Assembly: GCA_034430675.1 (NCBI GenBank)
Contig: DAOUEB010000048.1
Location: 1-55,287, forward strand
From: Dehalococcoidales bacterium
GTDB lineage: Bacteria > Chloroflexota > Dehalococcoidia > Dehalococcoidales > RBG-16-60-22
Length of the DNA stretch: 55,287 nt
Direction of reading: 5' to 3'
Position 1 is the first letter of the stretch. The number at the start of each line of letters is the position of its first letter. The translations under genes and the position numbers were made by a program. Below are positions 1-8,472 of this stretch, piece by piece. The notes beneath the pieces are model-generated. The model was given only the letters and a program-made list of their open reading frames with translations, ran no database searches and had not been told where the DNA came from.

Positions 1-2
1 GT

Positions 3-200
3 AAACTGGGACTGACTTCCGACTTTGTTTTGCGTAAGGCGTGGGACCAGGCGGACAGGTATTCACCCGCACGACTGCGCGAAGTGTATCATAAGCTCCT
101 GGAGACGGACATCTCCATCAAGACAGGGAAACTGGACGGCGAAATCGCTCTTAATATCCTCGTTGCCGAACTGGGGCAGAGAGGCACCGTTTCAGCTTGA
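3..200 (+). CDS. holA: DNA polymerase III subunit delta, C-terminal end (partial; continues upstream of the window)
   Basis: Frame 3 is open from the window edge to TGA at 198-200. It reads KLGLTSDFVLRKAWDQADRYSPARLREVYHKLLETDISIKTGKLDGEIALNILVAELGQRGTVSA, which fits the HolA C-terminal helical domain pattern. Track ORF 25..216 is a different frame and looks spurious. Confidence 0.5.
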   Translation, partial: KLGLTSDFVLRKAWDQADRYSPARLREVYHKLLETDISIKTGKLDGEIALNILVAELGQRGTVSA

Positions 201-233
201 CAAATTAGCGAAATAGGATAAAGTAGTAATAAC

Positions 234-1226
234 ATGACGGGACACTACGACGCACCGGTCCTGGCCGCAGACATCGGCGGCACCAAGATAATGACCGCTA
301 TCTTTTCCCCTGAGGGTAAAATACTGGCCAGGGACGTCTGCCCGACTCTGGCTGACGAAGGTGTGAAGCCGGTCATCGAGCGACTCTGCTCAGCTATCGA
401 TAGTCTTTTAAGCAATAACAAGCTGAAATCTTCCCAACTGGGCGGCATCGGCATTGCCTGTGCCGGTGGTATCGACTCCGGTAGGGGGGTGGTGGTAACT
501 CCTTCCCCGAATATGACGGGCTGGGTGGATATACCGCTGGCGGATATCATACGGGAACGATTTAAAATCGGCACCTTTGTCATCAATGATGCCAGTGCGG
601 CGGCTCTGGGGGAGCACCGTTCCGGTGCCGGGAGGGGGGTAAACAATCTCGTTTTATTTACGCTGGGCACCGGTATCGGCGGTGGTATTATCGCCAACGG
701 AGAGCTTTATCTCGGCGCCATCGGTGCGGCTGCGGAGATAGGCCACATGACTGTTGATACCAGTGGCCCGAAGTGCGGCTGCGGTAATACCGGCTGCCTG
801 GAGATGCTCGCCTCCGGCCGGGCGGTAGAGAGAGATGCCATGAAACGTATCAGCCGGGGCGAAAAGTCTTCTCTTTCCGGGATGGTCGGGGGGAAGGCGG
901 AAAGCGTTACCGCGGAGCAGGTCGGGACGGCCGCCAGGAATGGCGACCCTCTGGCCTTGAATGTTCTCTCGCGGGCGGCTTACTATCTGGGTATCGGTAT
1001 GGTCAACGTGGTCAACATCTTTAACCCGGAGATGATTGTTCTCGGCGGAGGCATGGCCGAACTGGGTGACCTGTTTATTGGACCGGGCAGGAAGATGGTG
1101 GCGGAGCGCGCTTTCCCGATATCCTCACGGATAGTGCGTATCGTTACAGCGCAGCTCGGTAATGAGGCGGGCGTCTACGGCGCCGCGGCTTTCGCTCTTG
1201 AACAATCGATAAGGAGGACGGCATGA
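234..1226 (+). CDS. ROK-family glucokinase
   Basis: N-terminal DIGGTKI ATP-binding motif, the ROK signature region, and the CGCGNTGCLE zinc motif. Confidence 0.85.
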   Translation: MTGHYDAPVLAADIGGTKIMTAIFSPEGKILARDVCPTLADEGVKPVIERLCSAIDSLLSNNKLKSSQLGGIGIACAGGIDSGRGVVVTPSPNMTGWVDIPLADIIRERFKIGTFVINDASAAALGEHRSGAGRGVNNLVLFTLGTGIGGGIIANGELYLGAIGAAAEIGHMTVDTSGPKCGCGNTGCLEMLASGRAVERDAMKRISRGEKSSLSGMVGGKAESVTAEQVGTAARNGDPLALNVLSRAAYYLGIGMVNVVNIFNPEMIVLGGGMAELGDLFIGPGRKMVAERAFPISSRIVRIVTAQLGNEAGVYGAAAFALEQSIRRTA

Positions 1227-2083
1227 AAGTCCGTAAAGCGGTTATTATCGCGGCCGGACGGGGGACCAGGTTTCTGCCTGTGACACGCTCACAGCCCAAG
1301 GAGATGCTGCCCCTGGTGGATAAACCACTGATTCAATATTCGGTGGAGGAAGCGCTTAATTCGGGTATCGAGCAGGTTATCATGGTCACCGCCCAGGGCA
1401 AGATGGTCATGGAAGACTACTTCGACCGTTCTCTTGAGCTGGAGCATTTTCTGGAGCAAAAGGGAGACGCGGAGCACCTGTCGCAGATGCGGGAACTGTC
1501 CGGAATGGTGGATGTCTGCTATGTCCGGCAGAAAGAGCAGCTGGGTCTGGGACATGCTATTTTAATGGCTAAAGAAATTGTTGGTAACGAGCCTTTTGCG
1601 GTGATACTCCCCGACGATATTATCGATAGCAAAGTGCCCAGCTTGAAGCGGATGATAGAAATATATGAGAAATACGGGGCGGGCGTGGTGGCTGTAGAGC
1701 GGGTTGGTGATGAGGATACCAGCAAATACGGCATTATCGAACCGAAACAGGTCTCGGAGAGAATATATCAGGTACTGAGTCTGGTGGAGAAGCCGGAACC
1801 GGCACAGGCCCCATCGCGACTCGGTATCGTGGGCAGGTATGTACTGGCACCGCAGATATTCGATATCCTGGCCGTCACCCCGCCGGGTAAAGGTAACGAG
1901 ATTCAGGTAACCGATGCCCTCCAGCTGCTGCTGAAACAGCAGGAACTCTACGCTTTCGAGCTTGAAGGGGTGCGCCATGATACCGGCACGCCGCTGGGCT
2001 GGATGAAGGCCAACGTGGCACTGGCTTTAAAACGTGATGACCTCGGCCCGGAGCTCCGGGAATACCTGAAAAAAATACTCTGA
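1223..2083 (+). CDS. galU: UTP--glucose-1-phosphate uridylyltransferase
   Basis: AAGRGTRFLPVTRSQPKEMLPLVDKPLIQY nucleotidyltransferase motif and VEKP motif. There is a 4-nt overlap with the upstream gene. Confidence 0.85.
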   Translation: MKVRKAVIIAAGRGTRFLPVTRSQPKEMLPLVDKPLIQYSVEEALNSGIEQVIMVTAQGKMVMEDYFDRSLELEHFLEQKGDAEHLSQMRELSGMVDVCYVRQKEQLGLGHAILMAKEIVGNEPFAVILPDDIIDSKVPSLKRMIEIYEKYGAGVVAVERVGDEDTSKYGIIEPKQVSERIYQVLSLVEKPEPAQAPSRLGIVGRYVLAPQIFDILAVTPPGKGNEIQVTDALQLLLKQQELYAFELEGVRHDTGTPLGWMKANVALALKRDDLGPELREYLKKIL

Positions 2084-2117
2084 TTTTCGGCTGCATTATT
2101 TGTGTCCCGTGATTATT

Positions 2118-2196
2118 TGTCATTGCGAGGAACGTAGTGACGAAGTAATCTCTATGATTAATTGTAGGAGATTGCTTCGCTTTGCTCGCAATGACA
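2118..2196. repeat. Inverted pair of family-A dispersed repeat units (tgtcattgcgag ... ctcgcaatgaca) forming a long hairpin
   Basis: tgtcattgcgag at 2118-2129 is the exact reverse complement of ctcgcaatgaca at 2185-2196. cgaagtaatctc and gagattgcttcg are near-complementary. The same unit recurs at 16092, 27464, 27502, 31215 and 37838. Its position after the galU stop suggests it may also act as a terminator. Confidence 0.8.
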
Positions 2197-2240
2197 CGAA
2201 GAAGCAACTTGGTGTAAATGGGACTTAGACTGGCGTCTCA

Positions 2241-2270
2241 TTGACAGCCAGCCGTCATTAAACTTAAAAT
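2241..2270 (+). promoter_or_regulatory. Sigma-70-like promoter upstream of alaS
   Basis: TTGACA (2241-2246), an 18-nt spacer, then TAAAAT (2265-2270). Confidence 0.4.
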
Positions 2271-2311
2271 TACAGGTAAGAAATTTATCGTATTAACGTG
2301 GAGTCATTTGC

Positions 2312-5242
2312 GTGAACAGCGACGAGATACGAACGGCATTTTTAAAATTCTTCGAGGAGAAGGGGCATAAGATTATTCCCAGCTCTTCGCTGGTGCCTAG
2401 GGGCGACCCCACCCTGCTGCTGACCAGCGCCGGCATGGTGCAGGTTAAGCCTTACTTCCTGGGTGAGGAGGTGCCGCCCGGTAACCGGCTGGCATCGTGC
2501 CAGAAGTGCTTCCGGACGACCGATATCGAGTCGGTCGGCGATGCCACCCACCTGACCTTCTTCGAGATGCTGGGTAATTTCAGCGTCGGCGACTACTTCA
2601 AGAAGGAGGCCATCGCCTGGGCGTGGGAGTTTCTCACGGAGCGTATGAAGATATCGCCCGAGAAACTCTGGATTACCATTTATCTCGATGACGACGAGTC
2701 GTTTAAATACTGGCGTGACATCGGCATCCCCGAGGCAAAGATAGTGCGATTCGGTGAGGAGGACAACTTCTGGGGTCCGGCGGGCAGTTCCGGTCCCTGC
2801 GGTCCCTGCTCCGAGATTCATTACGACTTCGGGTCGGATAAGGGCTGCGGGAAGGCCGACTGCCAGCCGAACTGCGAGTGCGGGCGTTTTACCGAGTTGT
2901 GGAATCTGGTCTTTACCCAGTATAACCAGGACGAGGCCGGCAACCGCACGCTGCTGCCGAAGCCGAATATTGATACCGGCATGGGACTGGAAAGACTAAC
3001 GGCGGTGATGGTAGATAAGACCTCGGTCTATGACACCGACCTGTTTATACCGCTGCTGGAGTATATATCTAAGCTGACCGGCAAAAAATACGGCGATAGT
3101 CCCGATGATGATAATGCCATGCGTGTGGTCGCCGAGCACGGCCGCGCCATGGCTTTTCTCATCGCTGACGGCGTTATGCCTGATAACGAGGGAAGGGGCT
3201 ACGTGCTGCGGCGGCTCCTGCGGCGGGCGGCGCTTTTTGGGCGGCGGCTGGGGCTGGGCAAGCCGTTCCTGGCCGGGCTGGCTGAGACCGCTGTCAGGCA
3301 GATGAGCGCTGTCTATCCCGAATTACAGCAAATGGACTTTATTAAGAGTGTAGTTAATCATGAAGAAACCAGGTTTGAAGAGACTTTGAGCACGGGAGTT
3401 GATGTTATCGAAGGCTTACTTCAGTATCGTAAAGACCATAGTGGTGCAATATCTGAAATTTTAAATTACTTATTTGATTCTAAGCCTTCATCAGAGAACG
3501 CTGCATCAATTTTAGAACGATATGGTTTTGTAGGTGGTGGGTGGGAATCAGGAAGTCAAATTGGGACAGAAATTGCTGCTGAGGTAATTTCACGATTAAC
3601 TCACGATTTTCTTGAATCCTATGAACAGGAAGAAGAATTCGACGAAGACATTTTAAATGCTATTAAAAATTGGGGGCGGTGTGTCGCAGGTAATGAAATA
3701 TTTAAGCTCTACGATACTTATGGATTTCCCGTGGAACTGACGAAAGAGATTGTTGACAAGCAGGGATTTTCGGTGGATATGGCGGGCTTCGAGAAAGAGA
3801 TGGAGAAGCAGCGGGAGAGAGGTCGGGCTGGATTATTAAGATGCGCAGAGTGTGGTACAAGGTTGAAGGAATCTGATGAAAAATGCCCGAATTGTGGTTC
3901 CTCAAAGAGAACCTTTGGTCCAATTGTTTTTAATGTAGAAGTTAAAGATGGGATTAAACTGGGAGATTCCGTTGCCGGCACGGAATTTGTCGGCTATCAT
4001 ACCCTCGAGCAGAAAGCGAAAATCGCCGGGCTTATAGTTGATGGGAAAGAAGCCGATACTATAGAAGCGGGGCAGGAGGCCGGTCTGGTGCTGGATTCCA
4101 GCCCCTTCTATGCCGAGATGGGCGGTCAGGTCGGCGATACCGGCGAAATTATTGGGCCGACTGGCCGGTTTGTTGTTACTAATACAACTCGTGTTCAGCC
4201 GGATATTATTATACATCAAGGTCAGGTTGCTGAGGGTAGTCTGCGTGTTGGCGACGAGGTTGAAGCATCAGTAGATGTGGAGCGTCGCCGGGATATTGCC
4301 CGCAATCACACGGCCACCCACCTCCTGCAATCGGCCCTCCGGCAGGTGCTCGGCGAGCATATCCAGCAGAGGGGCTCGCTGGTAGCCCCGGAACGCCTCC
4401 GGTTCGACTTTTCCCACCTGGCGGCCATGACCCCGGAAGAAATTAAGACGGTGCAGCGTATCGTCAACGAGAAAATCCGGCAGAACCTGAGGGTATATGA
4501 CGAGGAGACCGATTATAAAAAGGCTATCGATGCCGGGGCCATCGCGCTGTTCGACGAGAAGTACGGCGATGTCGTCCGGGTGATGTGTATCGGCGAGCCG
4601 GTGGTGAGCGCCGAACTGTGCGGCGGCACCCATGTTGCCCACACCGGAGAAATCGGCTATTTCCACATTGTCAGCGAGGGCAGCATCGGCGCGGGACTGC
4701 GCCGTATCGAAGCTGTTACCGGTCGCGAGGCCGAGGCTTTTATTGAAAAGCGTTTATCGGAATTAGAAAAGACTGCTGAATATTTGGATGCTGAACTTGA
4801 TAATGTTATGGACAAAGCATATAGTCTGGTTTTAGAACGAGATAATGAACGAAAACTCGTCCTGTCTCTGGAAAGAGAACTGGCTAAAAAAGAAGCCGAG
4901 TCGCTAATCAGAAGGGTGGAGGTGGTCACAGGTATAAATTTGCTTTCGGCAAAGGTATCGACGGCCAACCAGCAGGTTCTGCGCGAGATGGCTGACTTTA
5001 TCAGGGATAAGCTGAAGAGCGTCATCGTCGTTCTGGGTGCCGTCAGTGGTGACAGGCCTGTCTTTATCGCCGCCGTAACCCCCGACCTTATAGAGAAGGG
5101 CTATAATGCCGGGGACATCGTAAAGCAGGTCTCGAAGGTAACCGGCGGCGGGGGTGGTGGCAAGGCGAACTTCGCCCAGGCGGGCGGTCGTGACAAAGGC
5201 AAGCTGGACGAAGCCCTGCGTCTGGTGAAAGACCTGATATAA
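2312..5242 (+). CDS. alaS: Alanine--tRNA ligase with extra in-frame insertions (976 aa)
   Basis: Class II catalytic motifs, YDTYGFP, editing-domain HxxxH/CGGTHV, and the C-terminal DHHA1 GGGGGK motif. GTG start. Two AT-rich insertions are described in the findings. Confidence 0.95.
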   Translation: MNSDEIRTAFLKFFEEKGHKIIPSSSLVPRGDPTLLLTSAGMVQVKPYFLGEEVPPGNRLASCQKCFRTTDIESVGDATHLTFFEMLGNFSVGDYFKKEAIAWAWEFLTERMKISPEKLWITIYLDDDESFKYWRDIGIPEAKIVRFGEEDNFWGPAGSSGPCGPCSEIHYDFGSDKGCGKADCQPNCECGRFTELWNLVFTQYNQDEAGNRTLLPKPNIDTGMGLERLTAVMVDKTSVYDTDLFIPLLEYISKLTGKKYGDSPDDDNAMRVVAEHGRAMAFLIADGVMPDNEGRGYVLRRLLRRAALFGRRLGLGKPFLAGLAETAVRQMSAVYPELQQMDFIKSVVNHEETRFEETLSTGVDVIEGLLQYRKDHSGAISEILNYLFDSKPSSENAASILERYGFVGGGWESGSQIGTEIAAEVISRLTHDFLESYEQEEEFDEDILNAIKNWGRCVAGNEIFKLYDTYGFPVELTKEIVDKQGFSVDMAGFEKEMEKQRERGRAGLLRCAECGTRLKESDEKCPNCGSSKRTFGPIVFNVEVKDGIKLGDSVAGTEFVGYHTLEQKAKIAGLIVDGKEADTIEAGQEAGLVLDSSPFYAEMGGQVGDTGEIIGPTGRFVVTNTTRVQPDIIIHQGQVAEGSLRVGDEVEASVDVERRRDIARNHTATHLLQSALRQVLGEHIQQRGSLVAPERLRFDFSHLAAMTPEEIKTVQRIVNEKIRQNLRVYDEETDYKKAIDAGAIALFDEKYGDVVRVMCIGEPVVSAELCGGTHVAHTGEIGYFHIVSEGSIGAGLRRIEAVTGREAEAFIEKRLSELEKTAEYLDAELDNVMDKAYSLVLERDNERKLVLSLERELAKKEAESLIRRVEVVTGINLLSAKVSTANQQVLREMADFIRDKLKSVIVVLGAVSGDRPVFIAAVTPDLIEKGYNAGDIVKQVSKVTGGGGGGKANFAQAGGRDKGKLDEALRLVKDLI

Positions 5243-5682
5243 TGCGCACGCTGGGACTCGATATCGGCGATATCCGCATCGGGGTGGCCCTCAGCGACCC
5301 CCTGGGTATCCTGGCCAGCCCGCTGACCATAATAAATAGGGCTGATGAGTCGGCGGCTATCGAGGAGATTGTTAACATTATCCGGCAGCATGAAGTCGGG
5401 CGGGCGATTGCCGGTCTGCCGCTGAATATGGATGGCAGTCTGGGCGAGCAGGCAGAGAAGACTAAATCCTTCGTGACGGCATTGAGCCATTATATTGAGG
5501 TTCCCGTAGAATACCGGGATGAACGCCTGTCGACGGTATCCGCCAGAGAGCTTATACAGGAGGTCAGGAAGACCAGCCGGGGCACCAGGTACGATGCCGC
5601 CGCCGCGGCGCTCATTTTACAGAGTTATCTGGATGAAGCGGCAGAGCGTCGTCCTGACGACCTCGCCCCACCGACTGAATAA
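5242..5682 (+). CDS. ruvX: Holliday junction resolvase-like / pre-16S rRNA nuclease YqgF
   Basis: MRTLGLDIGDIRIGVALSD RNase H-fold N-terminus. The start overlaps the alaS stop. Confidence 0.85.
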   Translation: MRTLGLDIGDIRIGVALSDPLGILASPLTIINRADESAAIEEIVNIIRQHEVGRAIAGLPLNMDGSLGEQAEKTKSFVTALSHYIEVPVEYRDERLSTVSARELIQEVRKTSRGTRYDAAAAALILQSYLDEAAERRPDDLAPPTE

Positions 5683-6194
5683 AACCATCTCATCCGCTTA
5701 CCATGCCTTTCTCTTTTCAGGGCTAGCTTTGGTTCTGTTTGCTTGTGGTTGACATCGTCATTTTCCTTTGGTAGATTGTCGGTATGGACACTATCAGGCG
5801 ATTTATCATTGAATGGTATTGGGGTGAAATCACTAATATCCTTCTGACTATCATTGTTTCTGCTGCTATATTTGGAATTTGCCAAGCAATTAAGTACCTT
5901 GCTAACCCATCCATTGACCCAAACGATTTGAAAGTAGTTTCCTACCACATATTTAATGTATTGAGCTGGCCATCCCGTATTAATACGGTAATTAGTATAA
6001 TTACCTTTATCATCAAAGGTGCTATGGGTTTGTATAATAGTTTTCGAGATTCCCTTGACGTTTAATCTCACGCACAAAAAAACAAACGCTATCAAAGCAG
6101 ACATGGCATATAACAATATAGTTAAAAGGAATATTCCTAGAACTACAATTACTACGTAACCCATAACAAACACTACTGCTTCAAAAACATTCAT
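5625..6194 (-). CDS. Passenger membrane protein of the IS; the ORF has no stop inside the IS and runs through the left IR into the ruvX 3' end
   Basis: The ATG overlaps the transposase stop (ATGA). The N-terminus carries hydrophobic helices (VVFVMGYVVIVVLGIFLLTILLYAMSALIAFVFL). About 154 codons lie inside the IS and the last ~35 come from flanking DNA. Confidence 0.45.
   Translation of the reverse strand: MNVFEAVVFVMGYVVIVVLGIFLLTILLYAMSALIAFVFLCVRLNVKGISKTIIQTHSTFDDKGNYTNYRINTGWPAQYIKYVVGNYFQIVWVNGWVSKVLNCLANSKYSSRNNDSQKDISDFTPIPFNDKSPDSVHTDNLPKENDDVNHKQTEPKLALKRERHGKRMRWFYSVGGARSSGRRSAASSR
5723..5730. repeat. Left copy of the 8-bp target-site duplication CTAGCTTT
   Basis: Identical octamer at 7243-7250, immediately outside the other IS end. 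Confidence 0.85.
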
Positions 6195-7242
6195 CTCTCT
6201 AACCTCGGTCTTTCGGGTGTAATACTTGGCATAGGTGGCGTTATTCTGGTACGACGCCTGCCAGCTTTGAACCCACGTATTTTAATTTCAGTACCACGCT
6301 TGACGTGTTCTACTGATACTTTATGAGAGGGTTTATGCTTGGAGATTAATTCACTCCAATTCCTGTAAGGATAGGTTATACCTGCGGCTTCGGCGGGTGT
6401 TTTATTCTCTAAAGATTCATGTGGTCTCAGGTAGTTATAGAACGCTAAGAATCCAGCTACAAAGTCAAGGGCGGTTTCCAGATTCTTAAGGTCACGCATA
6501 ACTTTAGTTCTAGCCTTTACAGTGCCATGCCAGCGCTCAATTCTAGACGTACTCTCGCCTTGTACTGTAGAGAATGGAGAGCCTTGCACATGTTCCGCAC
6601 CTTTGCCATAGGATACGTCAAGATATGAGGCAAGTTTATCGGTAAGCACTACCTTGGGATTCTTGCCTGCTAGCTTGATAGCACGGTCTATCAGAATTTG
6701 AGCATCTTTAGTAGTACGGCTGGTTGAAAGACGGGATGCAAGCAGGTAACGTGTATCTTGGTCTATAATATCCCATAGCCACACGTTTTGACCCGCTATC
6801 TTTACAGCCGTTTCGTCGGCTATCCAGATTGAGCCTACTTTCGGCTGATAATCTTTAATGCTATCGGTCAAATATTCAGTGTACTTTTGTATCCATTCAT
6901 AGATTGTAGCGGTTGAAGGCGTACTACCTGTTTCCTGTAAAACATGCCGACCGATAGCACGAACACTTGAACCACCATCATAATAGTCATGGAGTGCGGT
7001 TGCCACCTGTTCAGTGGATGACTTCATTTTGAATTGCTTATCTACCCACCTGAACTTGCGATGGCAGAATTTACAATAATAACGTTGAGTACCCTTATAA
7101 GTACCAAACTTTACTATCGCCTCAGAACCACAGTGGGGACATTTTACAGTTTCAACTGTTTGTATTTCAACTGGCATTTATCACCTCCGTTCTAAGCGTG
7201 CCATACTTTAATATTTAATTTCAACCATATGCAAACAGAACC
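5731..7242 (-). mobile_element. IS6/IS26-family insertion sequence (1512 bp) with a passenger ORF
   Basis: The terminal inverted repeats are GGTTCTGTTTGC at 5731-5742 and its exact reverse complement at 7231-7242. By my count they extend to 22 of 26 matches. The IR resembles the IS26 IR GGCACTGTTGCAAA. An 8-bp TSD is typical of IS6. The interior is AT-rich relative to the flanks. Confidence 0.85.
6191..7177 (-). CDS. IS6-family DDE transposase with an N-terminal zinc finger
   Basis: CPHCGSEAIVKFGTYKGTQRYYCKFCHRKF zinc finger. DDE-region motifs WIADETAVKIAG, VVLTDKLASY and SRIERWHGTVKARTK match the IS26-like DETxxK / TD / ExxHxxxKxR pattern. Confidence 0.75.
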   Translation of the reverse strand: MPVEIQTVETVKCPHCGSEAIVKFGTYKGTQRYYCKFCHRKFRWVDKQFKMKSSTEQVATALHDYYDGGSSVRAIGRHVLQETGSTPSTATIYEWIQKYTEYLTDSIKDYQPKVGSIWIADETAVKIAGQNVWLWDIIDQDTRYLLASRLSTSRTTKDAQILIDRAIKLAGKNPKVVLTDKLASYLDVSYGKGAEHVQGSPFSTVQGESTSRIERWHGTVKARTKVMRDLKNLETALDFVAGFLAFYNYLRPHESLENKTPAEAAGITYPYRNWSELISKHKPSHKVSVEHVKRGTEIKIRGFKAGRRRTRITPPMPSITPERPRLER

Positions 7243-7250
7243 CTAGCTTT
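7243..7250. repeat. Right copy of the 8-bp target-site duplication CTAGCTTT
   Basis: Identical to 5723-5730. Confidence 0.85.
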
Positions 7251-7251
7251 G

Positions 7252-7281
7252 TTGACAAGCATTTATTCCCGCTAGTATTAT
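7252..7281 (+). promoter_or_regulatory. Sigma-70-like promoter upstream of dnaJ, starting 2 nt after the IS target duplication
   Basis: TTGACA (7252-7257), an 18-nt spacer, then TATTAT (7276-7281). Confidence 0.4.
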
Positions 7282-7378
7282 AGATTTGGGAGTGTGCTTT
7301 CCGGAGGACGTTTTCAGGATTAAAGCGCATGTTTTTATGTTTTAAGAGGAGACGGATTAGCAGGATAAGGCGAATGGT

Positions 7379-8452
7379 ATGGCTGTAAAACGCGACTACT
7401 ATGAGGTGCTCGGGGTATCCCGTGACGCCTCGACCGAGGAAATAAAGAAAGCCTTTCGTAAGCTGGCGTTCCAGTATCACCCGGACCGAAATCGTGACGG
7501 TGACGCTGCGGAGAAGTTCAAGGAAGTCAACGAGGCTTATGAAATCCTCTCGGACGCTGATAAACGCGCTGCTTATGACCGCTTCGGGCATAGCGGTGCC
7601 GAGGGTTTATTCGGGAGGGGCTTTGAGGGATTCGGCTTTGGAGACTATGGGGATATCTTTGAAGATTTTTTCAGCTTTTTCGGCGGCACAGGCACGACTA
7701 CCCGGCAGGCACCCAGACGTGGCAATGACCTGCGTTATAGGGTTTCAATTTCTTTCGAAGAGGCAGCTCTGGGCTGTGAAAAGGAAATCGGTATAACCCG
7801 CACCGAAGTGTGCGCCACGTGTCATGGCACGCGTTCCAGGCCGGGCAGCCAGCCCGGTCGCTGCCCCGAATGTAACGGTACCGGTCAGGTGCGCCGGGTG
7901 CAGCGGAGCCTGTTCGGTAGGTTCATCAATACGGCTGTTTGCGGACAGTGTCATGGCGAGGGGACTGTAGTTACCGACCCCTGTCCGGACTGCAAAGGTT
8001 CCGGTTTACAGAAGCAAAAGCGGAATATCTCGGTTGAGGTACCCGCCGGCATTGACGACGGCAACGGCATACGACTTTCCGGTGAGGGCGATGCCGGTTC
8101 TCGCGGTGGTTCGCCGGGTAATCTGTATGTTGTGATTTCGGTAGCCAGGCACGAGTTCTTCACCAGAGAGGATGATAATGTGCTCTTTGAGCTACCGGTC
8201 AATTTTGTCCAGGCGGCTCTCGGTACTGAAGTGGAAATCCCGACCCTTTACGGTGAGAGCAAGCTGAAAGTTCCGGCCGGCAGCCAGAACGGTAAAGTTT
8301 TTAAGTTGAAAGATAAGGGTATTCCCCACCTGCGTGGCGGCGGACGCGGCGACCAGATGGTCGTTTTGCGTGTGGTGACGCCGGAATCGCTGACCAGGGA
8401 GCAGCGCGAGCTGTTTGAAGAGCTGGACAGGACTTTGCGGAAGGATAAATAA
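7379..8452 (+). CDS. dnaJ: Molecular chaperone DnaJ
   Basis: J domain with HPD (YHPDRN), a G/F-rich linker, and four CxxCxGxG zinc motifs. Confidence 0.95.
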   Translation: MAVKRDYYEVLGVSRDASTEEIKKAFRKLAFQYHPDRNRDGDAAEKFKEVNEAYEILSDADKRAAYDRFGHSGAEGLFGRGFEGFGFGDYGDIFEDFFSFFGGTGTTTRQAPRRGNDLRYRVSISFEEAALGCEKEIGITRTEVCATCHGTRSRPGSQPGRCPECNGTGQVRRVQRSLFGRFINTAVCGQCHGEGTVVTDPCPDCKGSGLQKQKRNISVEVPAGIDDGNGIRLSGEGDAGSRGGSPGNLYVVISVARHEFFTREDDNVLFELPVNFVQAALGTEVEIPTLYGESKLKVPAGSQNGKVFKLKDKGIPHLRGGGRGDQMVVLRVVTPESLTREQRELFEELDRTLRKDK

Positions 8453-8472
8453 GCGAGACCTGGTTCCTGCAG

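Noticed and set aside
25-216. A 63-aa ORF at the window start.
   Set aside because: It is in a different frame from the open HolA-like frame that runs in from the window edge. It has no RBS and no recognisable motif.
3424-3912. An intein or self-splicing element inside alaS.
   Set aside because: The inserts are only about 75 and 27 aa. They lack the Cys/Ser/Thr N-junction and the His-Asn plus Cys/Ser/Thr C-junction, and they have no homing endonuclease motifs. The reading frame is continuous.
5784-6065. A plus-strand 93-aa hydrophobic ORF inside the IS.
   Set aside because: It is not rejected outright, but it ranks below the minus-strand ORF, which is translationally coupled to the transposase. 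Only one of the two can be real, and conservation data are needed to decide.
7282-7378. A CIRCE (HrcA) heat-shock operator upstream of dnaJ.
   Set aside because: No TTAGCACTC-N9-GAGTGCTAA-like inverted repeat is present in the leader.
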